DNA from: Mobula hypostoma
Taxonomy: Eukaryota
DNA: 64,000 nt
Assembly (NCBI RefSeq): GCF_963921235.1
Contig: NC_086107.1
Location: 109,246,001 to 109,310,000 of the forward strand
Direction: 5' to 3'
Below are positions 23,830 to 37,265 of this stretch, piece by piece; position 1 is the first letter of the stretch; each line of letters begins with the position of its first letter. Under the pieces are notes generated by a model that was not told the origin of the DNA, made no database searches, and saw only the letters and a list, made by a program, of their open reading frames with translations. The translations under genes and the position numbers were made by a program.

Positions 23830-24245
23830 TGCTAACAGATGCTTCCGTCCAGTTCTCTGCTCCCCATACACTGTTCCCGCCCCCCACGGGCCACATTGTA
23901 TCGAGCACCCCCTTCGGATACATTGTATCCGGCCCCGGCGCTCCAGAACGCAGCATCGCCGACCGCTACATTGTATCCAGCCCCACACTCACCTGGCCGG
24001 TCCGCCATCTTCGCCGATCCGCTCCTGCGTGATTACGTCAGGAGAGACGGCCGCCGCCGCTCTTCCAATCGCATGCCGCCGAAGGAGGGCCGGCGAACCA
24101 ATCACCTTCGAGAAGATGCTCCATTTTACTGGCCTATGGGAGGCTGGCTTTGTCTTCATGGGGTAATTTCATCGAGGAGTAAGTTTGCTCGAATCCAAAA
24201 GGTCAGTTGCTGTATGTGAAGCAACAAGTTTATCCCGCCGGAGGC
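23830..24245 (-). promoter_or_regulatory. CpG-rich ATP5MF promoter / exon 1 region
   Basis: High CpG density; YY1-type CCGCCATCTT over the ATG, CRE-like TTACGTCA 24033-24040, CCAAT boxes 24065-24069 and 24098-24102, CCATTTT 24121-24127. Confidence 0.75.
23993..24008 (-). CDS. ATP5MF: ATP synthase membrane subunit f, coding exon 1 (MADRP + 1 nt)
   Basis: aagATGGCGGACCGGCCAG|gtgagt inside a CpG-rich region; phase 1 joins exon 2 (G+TT = Val). Confidence 0.9.
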
Positions 24246-24607
24246 TCAGACAGATTCACATTTCATAGTTATACATCAAGGACGTAGGCCATTCGGCCCG
24301 ACTAGCCTATGCTGACCAAGATGCCCACCTGAGATCAAAGTCAAGTTTGCTGTCGTAGGCCCAGATGTCCTGGTAGAAATGTCAGGAAAATTAACGTTTT
24401 GTAGCATAAACATAACACAGCCATAAATTAACATGACAAAATAAAGATAAGTGCTGGGGAAGATACAAGGGACTGCAGGTTCTGGAACCCAGAGCAACGC
24501 ACAAAGTGTTGGATTAAATCGGCTATTGCTGGGCGGCGCAGCTCGAGGGACCAGAGTGGCCTATTCCAAATTCTGTGCCAATAAATAAACTCAGCAAGTC
24601 AGGAAAT

Positions 24608-26066
24608 TTTGAACATCTCCCCTAGTCAAGCTATTGTCCCCAGATGCCTCAAAACCTCCACAATCATCCCTGTAGCAAAGAAATCAGTTGTAGCCTGTCT
24701 GAATGATTACCATCTCGTTGCCCTGACCCCCATAGTGATGAAATGCTTTGAACGGCTTGTCAAGCCTCACATCACAGCCAGCCTCCCCTCATCGCTGGAC
24801 CCTCTACAGTTTGCTCATCGTCCAAATCGCTCTACGGAGGAGGCAATATCCACCACACTGCACGCAGTTCTCTCTCACTTGGACAACAAAGACACTTATG
24901 CCAGAGTCCTGTACATTGATTTCAGTTCAGCGTTCAATACCATCATCCCGCAGAGACTAGTGGAGAAACTGTCGCTGCTTGGCCTTAGCACTGCCATGTG
25001 TCGCTGGATTCTGGATTTCTTGACAGAGAGACCACAGTCAGTCCGTGTTGGCAGGAACATCTCTGACTCCATCACACTGAGCACTGGATCCCCACAAGGC
25101 TGTGTGCTTAGCCCATTGCTGTTTACACTGCTAACACATGACTGTGCAGCCAGATTCAAGGAGAAACTGATCATTAAGTTTGCAGATGATACCACAGTGG
25201 TGGGGCTCATCAGCAAAAATGATGAAACAATGCACAGGGAGGAGGTCAAACACCTAGAGAGCTGGTGCAGGGATAACAACTTGATGCTTAATGTCACCAA
25301 AACCAAGGAGATGATCGTCGATTTCAGATGGTCTCAGCCTGAGCACACACCCCTCAGCATCAGTGGAGAGAGTGGAAAACATCAAGTTTCTTGGGGTGCA
25401 GATCTCGGACAATCTCAGCTGGTCCAGGAACACCACTGGGATTGTGAAACGGGCCCAGGAGAAATTGCATTTTCTGAGGAAGCTTAAACAAGCATCACTC
25501 CCCACTAACATCTTAACTACATTCTACAGAGGCGTGGTTGAGAGTGTGCTGACCTTTTGCATCACAACCTGGTACTCCAGCTGCAGTGCTGTCGACAAAA
25601 AAACCTTGCAGAGGGTGGTTAGGGGAGCAGAGAAGGTTATTGGGGTCTCCCTACCTTCTGTCCAAGACCTCTTTCAGAGACGATGCCTCCAGAAGACACG
25701 GTACATCATTAAAGACCCCTCACACCCTCTCCATGAACTGTTTCTTCTTCTGCCATCAGGCAAACGTTACAGGAGCATCAAAACTAAAACCACAAGGCTA
25801 CTAAACAGCTTCCTCCCACAGGCAGTCAGACTGCTAAATAGCTGCACTACCTGACTCTGCTTTGGACACTTTTAACTTGCACTGGACACTTATAACTGAT
25901 TTTAACTGACATGTGGCTGTTGTGTTTTACTATTTATTGTTATGTTTATTATTTAGTGTTGCGTTTGTTATGTTATGATTGCACTGCTCCTGAGAAACGC
26001 TGTCTCATTCTGCCCTGCAGAGCTGATGTACGGTTAGAATGACAATAAAGTTTTTTGAATCTTGAA
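24608..26066 (+). mobile_element. 5'-truncated Rex1/Babar-type non-LTR retrotransposon (RT plus C-terminal domain)
   Basis: ORF 24609-25487 has [29 protein letters not shown]; one frameshift near 25365 into ORF 25363-25854 (KFLGVQI...HPLHELF...SGKRYRSI); 3' tail aatgacaataaag...ttgaatcttgaa. Confidence 0.92.
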
Positions 26067-26301
26067 ATGGTTGATGTTTCGCAACAAGATCTTCACTGGA
26101 ACGGTAATCGTAACGGCAGATTGAGAGAGAGTGAAAATAAATTACAGTCTGAGGTAGCGTTAGGGTTTTTCAGGTAGAATCTAGATCCTGGCGGCAGTGA
26201 GGTAGAAATTGTTGTTGAACTTGCATGGTTAGGCTCCTGTACTTCCGGCTTGGTAACTGCTACATGGTCTAGATGGTGGGATATCATCGTCCTGAGTCAT
26301 A

Positions 26302-26640
26302 ACCTCTTGTAGATGTCGACAATGCTGTAGAGAGCTACCCACAATGAACTGTCTGATTCTATTGTAGATGTTCTCAAAGGAGAGAGAGTTGTACCCACAA
26401 TGGAACAGTTTGAGTGTCCTCCTGTCTGTAGCCTGTTGTAGTTTTTCTCAATAGTGTGGAGAGCTGTACCTACAACGGAACTGTCTGAGCCTCTTGTGGA
26501 TGTGCACAATGGTGTGGAGAGCTCTACCTACAGTGGAACAGTGTGAGTCTCCACCTGTCTGTAGCCTCTTGTCAATGTTCCCAAAGGTGGGGAGAAATGT
26601 ACCCACAAAGAAACTGTCTGAGTCTACCCCTGTCTGTGGC
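26302..26640. repeat. Degenerate minisatellite, five units of about 55-75 bp
   Basis: Recurrent gcctcttgt...gagagct.tacc.aca..ggaac.gt.tgag. Confidence 0.75.
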
Positions 26641-27376
26641 GTCTCATGCATTTAAGTTTCCACAACAGCCCATGATGCAGCCACTCAAAATGTTAGGCCT
26701 ATTTGCCGCCGTTTGGCCCGTATCTTTCTATCACGTATCTGTCCAAATATTTTTAAACGTTGCAGTTGTACCCTTCTCTACCGCCTCTATGCCTTATTTC
26801 CTATACCCACCACCCTCTCCCTCACACCCCTTTTAAATCGTTCCCCTCTCAACATAAACCAATGGCATTTAGACTCCCTGACCATCCACTTTATCTGTGC
26901 CCCTGACAGATTCAAGGACTTAAAGATTCAAAGTACATTTATTATCACAGTATGTGTGCAGTATACAACCCTGAGATTTGTCTTCCTCACAGACAGCCAC
27001 GAAACAGAGAAAACCGTGGAACCCATTCAACAAGAGAACAACAAACCCACCCAACGCACAAGAAAAAGTAAATCACGCAAACGGCAACAATAACATCAAA
27101 CCTCGCCCCCCCCCCCACCCACCCTCATCCACCTGCTCAAAAAACAAATGGACCATCTGGAAGATGTTGCCCCTGGTAGCGTTGTTCGCTGGTGCCATCT
27201 TAACCATGGTTATATAAACTGGAAATAACTCAGAAAATCCGTAGCTGGGGTGGTTGATGGATGGGTCGAGTTGTTCTCCGATCTTGGTAATCCATTTGCA
27301 AACGTTTCGTCACCACACGAGGACCCATCATCGGCGAGCTGTTCACTTGTGGCGTGTCGTCCGAATGCTTGGCTTT

Positions 27377-27665
27377 CTTTCTTTCTTTTTAAATCTTTTT
27401 ATTGAATAAGTATACAAAAAGGTAAGCCATATAGACACTAATACACTGTTAGAATATAATAAAATTACGGGAGATATTAATACAAAAAAAATGATACAGA
27501 CAATGTAATTTAAACATAACATACTAAGGTAACATAATAGTATACTAATTTTTATATATATATATCAATAGAGAAAAGGAAAAAAAAAACCCCAAAAAAC
27601 CACTGTGCAACTAAACTAAAAGCAAAGCAAAGCAATGGGCTAACTTGGAACCAAGCAGAGTTAAA
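27377..27665 (-). mobile_element. L1/Tx1-like 3' end with A-rich tail and 15-bp TSD
   Basis: CGAATGCTTGGCTTT at 27362-27376 and 27666-27680; minus-strand AATAAA followed by an (AAAG)n tail. Confidence 0.8.
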
Positions 27666-27811
27666 CGAATGCTTGGCTTTTAAAACGTTTGAAAGTGGAT
27701 TGCCGAGATCAGAGAACGGCTCGACCCAACCATTTTATAAACTCTTTGAGATCAGGCCTTGGCCTCCTGTATTCCAATAAGAATGTACTCAGTCCATCCA
27801 GCTCTATAACA

Positions 27812-28431
27812 GGGAATTGAGTATAGGAGCAAAGAGGTCCTTCTGCAGTTGTACAGGGCCCTGGTGAGACCACACCTGCAGTACTGTGTACAGTTTTGCT
27901 CTCCAAATTTGAGGAAGGACATTCTTGCTATTGAGGGAGTGCAGCGTAGGTTCACGAGGTTAATTCCCCGGACGGAGGGACTGTCATATGTTGAAAGATT
28001 GGAGCGACTGGGGTTGTATAGACCAGAATTTAGAAGGATGAGAGGGGATCTGATTGAAACATATAAGATTATTAAGGGATTGGACATGCTGGAGGCAGGA
28101 AACATGTTCCCGATGTTGGGGGAGTCCAGAACCAGAGGCCACAGTTTAAGAATGAGGGGTAGACCATTTAGAACGGAGTTGAGGAAAAACTTTTTCACAC
28201 AGAGGGCTGTGGTTCTGTGGAATGCTCTGCCTCAGAAGGCAGTGGAGGCTGATTCTCTGGATTCTTTCAAGAAAGAGTTAAATAGAGCTCTTGAAGATAG
28301 CGGAGTGAAGGGATATGGGGAGAAGGCAGGAACAGGGTACTGATTGTGGATGATCAGCCATGATCACAGTGAATGGTGGTGCTGGCTCGAAGGGCTGAAT
28401 GGCCTACTCCTGCACCTATTGTCTATTGTCT
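27812..28431 (+). mobile_element. CR1 LINE 3' fragment, same family as 60590-61579
   Basis: ORF 27849-28343 nearly identical to the C-terminus of ORF 60679-61488. Confidence 0.93.
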
Positions 28432-29966
28432 GTAGCTGTTGCACTTTACTTTGCATTTGGAGAGTAATTAAACAATTAATTTAAAGATTAACGTTTTCAT
28501 CACGTGTATGTTGAAATATACAGTGCATTGTAACATTTGCGACAACGACCAACACAGTCGAAGGAAGTCCTGGGGGCAGCCCGCAGGTGCTTCCGTGCCT
28601 CTGGCACCAACACAGCATGCCCACAACATACCAGCCCAAACCCATATGTCTTTTGAATGTAGGAGGAAACCGGAGCACCTGGAGGAGACCCACATGGTCG
28701 CGGGGGTGGGGTAGCATGCAGTCTCCTTACCAGAGGGAATTCAGAGCCCTCGACCGCTGACGGGATAAACGTCACACCAGGGGGAAGGGGGGTTGGAGTA
28801 GAAGCTAGAAGGTGATGGGTGAAGGAAGGTGAGGGGAGAAGTAGGTGGGTGGGGGAGGGAGGATGAATTGAGAAGTTGGGAAGGGTGATGGATGGAAGAG
28901 GTAATGGGCGGAGGAAGAAGGAATCTGACAGGAGAGGAGAGTGGATGGCGGGAGAGTGGGAAGGAGGAGGGGCCCCAGAGACAGGTGGGAGAAGACAAGG
29001 GGGTAAAAGTGGAAGCGGAATGGAAAAAGAGAGAAGGGGGAGGGGAGAGAAAATTACCAAAAGTTAAAGAAATCTGTCAGATGGAAGATGAGGTTCTTCT
29101 CCTTCAACCTGAGAGTGGCATTCAATTACACTATCCGGCCTCTCTTTACAACTAGATCTCTTTGATTCTAGGAAATATCCTGGTGAATCGCTTCCATTTG
29201 GCGCTACCACATGCTTTCTGTAGTGTTGAGACCAGAACTGCTCCTTATCCCTGCTCCAAATGAGTTATCCAATTTCTCTGTGGGGCGCTCAGCAAATAAT
29301 GTTGGAAAGGGAAGTTCCCCTGCAGTTTGTCCTCAGAACAGTAGGGGGCACTGTCCACCTGTAGTTGTGTGTCAGTGCATCTTCCGTCAACATGGAAGGA
29401 AGAATAACTAAAATGATACCACCACTGACAGAAAGACACGAGGTCCCGCAGATGCTGGCTCCTGTACCTCCATCTCTGATGGCAGCAATGAGAAGGGTGA
29501 TGAGGTTCCTTAACTTTGGGTGCTACCTTTCTGAGGGATTGCCTGTTGGAGATGTCCTCAATGTGTCCACGATGGAGTTGGCCAAGTTTGCAACTTCCTA
29601 CAGATTTTGCACATTCTGTGCACTGGCCCCTCTTTGGTAACATTCCAAATCTCCTCAGACATCTAATGAAATATAACCGCAGGCGTGCTCACTTCATAAT
29701 TGCATCAATATGTTTCCAAGGATTATAATTCGAGTTCAGGCTCAAGTTTAATTACCTTTCAACTGTAGACGTGTATATGGCCAAATGAAACTGTGTTCCT
29801 CTGGGGCCAAGGTACAAAACACAGAACCAACAGTCACACATGGCACACAAAGATTTATTATCATTGGCATGCGTCCTGAAATTTGTTGTTATGCGGCAGC
29901 AGTACAATGCAATACATAAAAATAAAAAACTGTAAATTACAGTAAGTATATAAAAAATTAAATCAC

Positions 29967-30533
29967 TGTAACCCGTTGGTTTGGCCACATGCATTTGTCT
30001 AGGGTGGGGCAGCCTCTGGCCCAGCCAAACTGAGAAATCTTGTTTGTGTGGACGCTGCGTGATGTGTTGCCCAGTTACAAATCCGAACCGCAAAATATCA
30101 GACAATACACCATATGCAGTTAAACGATTGAACCTTATAAATCTTAATCTGACTATAGAGTTAGTAAAGAAAATAAAAAGGAAGAGGGCCCACTTTAATG
30201 AAACAGTCTAACGTGCACGTTGGAACTCGCGGATTTGTCCATTCGTTCCCCATCGACCACCTCCGAGTGTCGGACCCTCGCTCTGAGTTCACTCCGTCCA
30301 CTCTGTCTACCAACTCTCTCCACTCGCGTCTTCTCTCCTCATCTCTCGCCGACAAAAGCCCGCAAAATCCCTGCTCCCAGACCCACAAGAAAGAACAACA
30401 TGCCTCTCATTGGATAGCACACATTCCAACGCCCCCGTTAAGTCATAACCTAAATATTGCTGCTACAGAGAAACCATTACCTTAGCAGTGAAATATTACA
30501 GAGAGGTCATTACATTAGCAGTGAAACCTTACA
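29967..30533 (-). mobile_element. Solo LTR, probably distantly related to 62956-63562
   Basis: TGTAAC...CTTACA termini; flanks TCAC/GCAC (one mismatch). Confidence 0.72.
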
Positions 30534-31374
30534 GCACATTACACTATTTTTTGAACTACTTATTTATTTTAACTATTTAATATATATATACTTAACTGTA
30601 ACTCAGTTTTTTTTCCTATTATTATACTGCATTATGCTGCTGCTGCAAAGACAACAAATTTCACCCCGTGTGCTGGTGATATTAAACCTGATTCTGATTC
30701 TGATGTCTCACTGTGGCCCGTATCTGCGCATTCCTGTTAAACTGCTGCACTACCATCTCCATTCTGTTTTCTTTTAACCACTATGATGTGTGTATATTTG
30801 TACAATCTGCCTAGATGGCGTGTGAACGAAAAGTTTTTCAGAGTACAGGTGAAAATAATAAGCAAATACCAATAATGTCTCACTCAAAAGTTGGTTCCTC
30901 TCACGGGGTAGCAGCCTCTCAGTATTGCTCTGGGAGACAACCTGGAATTTGGATGCTTGTCTCGGGATTGAACCCACAACTAACTAAAGGATGGATCACC
31001 GGGAGCCTAAAATTGCTGTTACAGTGAATTGAACAGTAGCAGTTCTTGACAATAACAGTAACTTTATCTGTAGACCACTGTTCATACAGATGATGTAGCT
31101 CTAAGTACCTTACAATGGGATAAAAGTGCAAACATGAATATAAAATAAAACTTAAAAATAAACATGAAGTTATAATAATATCTTTATTGATCCCAAGTGG
31201 GAATTTTTTTCATCACAGCAGCAACATTTAAAAACACACTTGGCAGTAAGCAGACTTTAATAATAAAGTACAGGATAATAATATACACAATAATAATTTA
31301 CCAACGTTCAATAATAACGTACAAAATAATAAAACAGACTATTGTACTATGATGTGTGTTCTGTTGGACAGAGA

Positions 31375-31865
31375 TGAACAACATCTTATATTCCGTCTGG
31401 GTAGCTTCCAACCTGATGGCATGAACATCGACTTCTCTAAGTTCCGCTAATGCCCCCACCTCCCCCTCGTACCCCATCCCTTATTTATTCATTTATTATT
31501 ATTATTAATTTTTTCTCTTTCTCTCTCTCTCCTTTTTCTCCCTCTGTCCCTCTCACTATACCCCTTGCCCATCATCTGGGTTTCCCCCCTCCTCCTTTCT
31601 TTCTCCTTAGGCCTCCTGTCCCATGTTCCTCTCATATCCCTTTTGCCAATCACCTGTCCAGCTCTTGGCTCCATTCCTCCCCCTCCTGTCTTCTCCTATC
31701 ATTTCGGATCTCCCCCTCCCCCTCCCACTTTCAAATCTCTTACTAGCTCTTCCTTCAGTTAGTCCTGACGAAGGGTCTCAGCCCGAAACGTCGACTGTAC
31801 CTCTTCCTAGAGATGCTGCCTGGCCTGCTGCGTTCACCAGCAGATTTTATGTGTGTTGCTTGAAC
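31375..31865 (+). mobile_element. Penelope-like 3' end / pseudo-LTR; related copies 5120-5980 (-), 9060-9445 (-), 10840-11065 (+), 28770-29120 (-), 34445-35135 (-), 54085-54470 (-), 57998-58475 (-)
   Basis: EQHLIFRLGSFQPDGMNIDF-type ORF end, pyrimidine-rich UTR, then a hammerhead motif. Confidence 0.8.
31760..31797 (+). ncRNA. Minimal type I hammerhead ribozyme motif
   Basis: tagtc-CTGACGA-a-ggg-tctcag-ccc-GAAAC-GTC-gactg: intact core, stem I AGTC/GACT, stem II GGG/CCC, palindromic ACGT in place of stem III. Confidence 0.75.
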
Positions 31866-34800
31866 TGTTTTATATGCTTATCACATTTGGTAGGAAAGAT
31901 TTTCTGTAACGATCCCCGTGACAGCAGAGCTGATTGAGTCTGTTCGAAAGGGTGCTGCGATGTGCTACCACGGGAGGATGGACAAACTTGGGTTGTTTTT
32001 TATGAAGCACCAGAGGCTGAGGGGAGATCTGACAGAGGTTTTAGATTATGAAGACACGCAGTCCTCTTTTATTGTCATTTAGTAATGCATGCATTAAGAA
32101 ATGATACAATATTTCCTCCGGTGTGATATCACAAAACACAGGACAGACCAAGACTGAAAAAACTAACAAAACCACATAATTATAACATATAGTTACTACA
32201 GTGCACAATACCATAACTTGATGAAGAAGTCCATGAGCACAGTAAAGTTCAAAGTCTCTCAAATGTCCCACATCTCACGCAGACGGGAGAAGGAAGAAAA
32301 ACTCTCCCTGCCATACCGACCACAGTCTGACTCTGAGTCATCCGAAAACTTCGAGCTCTGATCAGCTCTCCGACACCGAGTACTGAGCGCCACCTCTGCC
32401 CGAACGATTTGACCTCCTTCTCGGTCGCCAAAAGCGGGCAAGGCCAGGGATTTTGAGGCCTACCCTGCGAAAGATTCCTGACCACACAGTAATGACAGCA
32501 GCAAATGGGCGTTTCAGAGATTTCTTCAGATGTTCCTCTGTGCTTTCACATCCACTCTCCATCAAAGATTGTGAGAATGTTTATAAGATTGTGAGAGGCA
32601 TAGATAGAGTAGACAGACAGTATCTTTCACCAGTGGGCATGCATCTAAGGCGAGAGGGGGTCATTTCAAAGGAGGGGCAAGTTGTTTAATATAATTTCCC
32701 ATTCATAAGTGTAAAGGAGAATGAAAATAATTGTTACTCCAGATCCAATATAGCACAAAAAAAACGCAAACGATAAATACCACAGTCAGGGGGCATTGTT
32801 TTAAGGTGCTTGGAAGTAGGTACAGAGGGGAGGTCAGGGGTAAGTTTTTCACACAGAGCGCAGTGGGTGCATGGAATGCACTGCCGGCAACAGTGGTAGA
32901 GGTGGATACAGTAGGGTCTTTTAAGAGACTCTTAGATAGGTACATGGAGCTTAGAAAAATAGAGGGCTCTGCGGAAGGGAAATTCTAGGCAGTTTTTAGA
33001 GTAGGCCGTCTTGGACAATGTCTCCCATCCACTACATAATGTACTGGCTGGGCACAGGAGTACATTCAGCCAGAGACTCATTCCACCGAGATGCAACACA
33101 GAGCGTCATAGGAAGTCATTCCTGCCTGTGGCCATCAAACTTTACAACTCCTCCCTTGGAGGGTCAGACACCCTGAGCCAATAGGCTGGTCCTAGACTTA
33201 TTTCCTGGCATAATTTACATATTACTATTTAACTATTTATGGTTTTATTACTATTTAATTATTTATGGTGCAACTGTAATGAAAACCAATTTCCCCCGGG
33301 ATCAATAAAGTATGACTATGACTATGACTATTAGGTTACATGGTCAGCACAACATTGTGGGCCGAAAGGCCTGTAATGTGCTGTAGATTTCTGTGTTTCT
33401 AATAACAAAACACACAATAAATATGAGTAAGATAGCTTATGTTCACAGATTGTGAACATGAAGTGACGCTGGACTGTACACGATGTGACTGGCAGGAAAT
33501 ACTGAAGGTGTGGTGGAGTTCGTGAGTGGGTGTTGGGTGTCTGGAATGAACTGCCAGGGTGGTTATAGAAGCAGAAACATTTGAGACTTTTATTTATTTA
33601 TTGGCGTACAGCTTATATACATATACTTACAGTACAAGCATGTTGCTGGGGCTTGAGGACCTCAGCTACAGTACAGAGAAACGTTGACCAGGTTAACGTG
33701 ACGCTCCGACAGCGCCAGTGACCCAGGGTCAATCCTGCCTCTGCCCGTAAGGAGTCTGTACGTTCTCCCCGTGGCCGCGTGGGTTTCCTCCCGCGTGATA
33801 AAGACGTGCGGGTTAGTAGGTTAATCGGTCGCGTGCGTGTGACCGGGCAGCGCCGGCCCGCGACGCTGCTGTGCCTCTCTGATTACGGAACTAAATGAAG
33901 TGAAACAAAAGATTCGAGATTCAAGATCGTTAAATGTCATTTCCTGGACACAAGTGTAAAGGAGAACAAAACTATTGATACTCCGGATCTGGTGCAGCAC
34001 AAAAAAAAAACCCACAAAAGATAAAGAACACAATAACAACAAAGCACACAATAAATGCAAATACATAAGACAGCTTATATTCATAGATTGATTGTATGTC
34101 CGTAAAGTGATGCTAGGTTGCACATAAGGTGACTGACAGGAAATAATAAAGTAGAGGTGAAGTTAGTGGGTGGAGGTGTTGATCAGCCTTACTGCTTGGG
34201 GAAAAGAACTGGTTTTGAGTCTGGTGGTCCTGGCACGGATGCTGTGTAACCTCCTCCCTGATGGGGGTGGGACAAATTAAACTAAACTAAACTAACTTTT
34301 TTTAACAACAGTTGTTTGCTAATGGAATCTATTTACATTAGCACGAGCAAGGGGGTGTGGAAGATCAAAAACAAAGCGATTATAATCTCGAAGCAATAGC
34401 TAAGCTATTTAGGAGGCAAATTTGTGCAGAGGCTTTTAGACACCAGGAACACGAGAAAGTCTGTAAATGCCGGAAGTCCAGAGCCACACACGCTGGGGGG
34501 ACTCAGCAGGTCAGGCAGCGTCTATGGAGGGGAATCAAAAGTCAACGTTTCGTGCTGAGGCCCTTCCTCGAGACTGAGAAGGAAGGTGGAAGACGACAGA
34601 ATAAAGAGGTGTGGGGAGGGCAAGGAGGCTAACTGGAGGGTGATAGGTGTAGCCAGGTGGGTGGGAAAGGTCAAGGGCTGGGAAAGAGGGGATGTGATAA
34701 GAGATGAGAGTGAACTATAGGAGAAAGGGAAGGAGGAGGGGATCCAGGAGGAAGTGATAGGCAGGTAAAAGGAGGTAAAAGGTCAGAGTGGGGAATAGAG

Positions 34801-36854
34801 AGAGGAGGAGGAGAGGGAAGATTTTTTACTGGAAATCGATGTTCACGCCACCAGGTTGGAGGCTACCTGGACAGAATGTGAGGTGTTGCTCCTCCGCCTT
34901 CAGGGTGGCCTCAAGGGGAGGCTGTGGACCGACATGTCGGAACGGGAATGGGAACGGGAAATAAAATGCTTGGTCACCGAGACGTTCCGCTTGTGGCGGA
35001 TGGAGCGGAGGTGCCCGACGAAGCCGCCCGCCCCCCAATTTACGACAGGTCTCACCAATACAGAGGAGGCCGCATCAGGAGCACCGGACACAATGGACGA
35101 CCCCAGCAGACATCAGGAGACCTGTTCCCGGAGATAATTTAAGTTTGTACAACAACAAATAAAGAATTCATTCGCGTTAACAAGAGTTACTGAGCAAAAG
35201 AGGATGCAGATGTTCCCAACAAAGTCAAAGTCAAGTTTATTGTCATGTGGCCAAGTCTATGTATGCACAGGTGCAATGAAAATCTTACTTGCATCAGCGT
35301 CAAAGGCATGTCAAAATGAAATCAAATCAAATCAAGTTTAATTATCATTCAACCGTACCTAGATACAGCTGAACGAGACAGTGTTCCTCTGGGGCCAGGG
35401 TGTAAAACATTCAAAATAGCAAGCAAAGAATCATAATCACGCGGGGAAAAAAGAGAGCAAATATGTATAGTCCAAGGCCCCGAGCGGCAAGCGCCAGCAG
35501 TCGATGGTACAGTCTCCCGCCAGTGCGCAGACCCACGCAATCCAGCCTGTCATTCCACTGCTCGAACACGGGAGGGCAGCACTGATGAGGGAGGCCGGCC
35601 CCCAGCCGAGGGCAGGCGCCACGCTGTAACGCTTCCCGGCCTTCTCACCCGGGCTGCAGCAGGCAAGTCCGAGGCTTGAGGCCTAGTTCTCACTATAACC
35701 GAGGCTACACAGCTCCCAGGTGCAATACTCTCAAATAAAATGTAAGCTAAACATAAGTTAGTTTGGTAAATTGGTTTATTACCGAAGTACAAAGAAAGGC
35801 TTGTCTTACATGTCATCCATACAGCAGAAAGACACAGTATAATTATACTAGGAAGAACACAATTAGCACTAATGAAGAAAATGCATTGTGAACTGGTCAA
35901 AGTGTTACCCTGCGCTGAAGCAGTGATTAGAGTGGTGTAGGTTGGTGTAAGAACTGAATGATTGAAGGGAAGTGACTATTCTTGAGCCTGGTGGTGTGGA
36001 ATTTAATAAGACCGTGAGGCATAGGAGAAGAACTCAGAATCGGAATTAGGTTTAATACCAACAGCGTATTTCGCGAAATTTGTTAACTTTGTGACAGCAG
36101 TACAATGCAATACGTAATAATAGAGGAAAAAAACTGAATTACAGTAAATATATATATATATATATATAATTAAATTAAATAATCAGTGCAAAAATAGAAA
36201 TAAAAAAGTAGTGAGGTAGTGTTCATGGGTTCAATGTCCATTCAGAAATCGGATGGCAGAGGGGAAGAGGCTGTTACTGAATCACAGAGTGTGACCCTTC
36301 GTGCACCAACGATTCAGCCCATCGAATCAGAACTCCCATTCCATCATGTCTGGTTTAATATCGCTTTCAGCCCCTTCTCCTGCCTTCTCACCATAACATC
36401 CAACGCCCTTACCAATCAAGAACGTATCAACCTCCGCTTTAAAAAGGCATCTGTGGATTCCACAGATTCACCACGAGCTGGTGAGAGAAACTCCTCCTTA
36501 TCTCTGTTCTAAAGGAATGCCCTTCTATTCTGAGGCTGTGCCCTCTGGTCCTAGGCTCCCCCACGATAGGAAACGTCCTCTCCACATCCACTCCAACTAG
36601 GCCATTTCACATTCAATAAGTTTCAGCGAAATACCCCATAAGCTCAAGAGAGTGTGGGCCCTGAGCCATCAAACGCTCCTCGTACTGTGTGTTAACCCCT
36701 TCATTCCCAGGATCCTCGTGCTTCTGTACCTCCTGTCCAATGGTAGCTGCCATCTGATAGCATGGCCCAGATGATGGCACTCTAGTTGATAGATGCCACC
36801 TTTTTGAGACAGGTCCAGTGGCCGTGGAGAGGGAGGCACCCATGGTGCATTATA

Positions 36855-37265
36855 GTCATAGTCATAGTCATGGTCATACTTTATTGATCCCAGGGGAAAT
36901 TGGTTTTCATTACAGTTGCACCATAAATAATAAATAGTAATAAAACCATAAGTAGTTAAATAGCAATACGTAAATTATGCCAGGAGATAAGTCCAGGACC
37001 AGCCTATCGGCTCAGGGTGTCTGACCCTCCAAGGGAGGAGTTGTAAAGTTTGATGGCCACAGGACAGGAATGACTTCCTGTGACACTCTGTGTTACATCT
37101 CGGTGGAATGAGTCTCTGGCTGAATGTACTCCTGTGCCCAACCAGTACAGTATGTAGTGGATGGGAGACATTGTCCAAGATGGCATGCAACTTGGACAGC
37201 ATCCTCTTTTCAGACACCACCGTCAGAGAGTCCATTTCCATCCCCACAACATCACTGGCCTTTCG
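36855..37265 (-). mobile_element. Rex1-type LINE 3' fragment with (ATGACT)n tail; sister copy at 33005-33330 (+), tail piece near 17760-17805
   Basis: RKASDVVG...DNVSHPLH...RKSF; shared 3' UTR ccccgggatcaataaagtatgactatgact. Confidence 0.8.

Noticed and set aside
23256..24219. Many overlapping 65-143-aa ORFs
   Set aside because: GC-rich promoter and repeat sequence with few stops; only the 16-nt ATP5MF exon is supported.
26093..26287. Gypsy integrase tail remnant
   Set aside because: Similarity too weak to support without a search.
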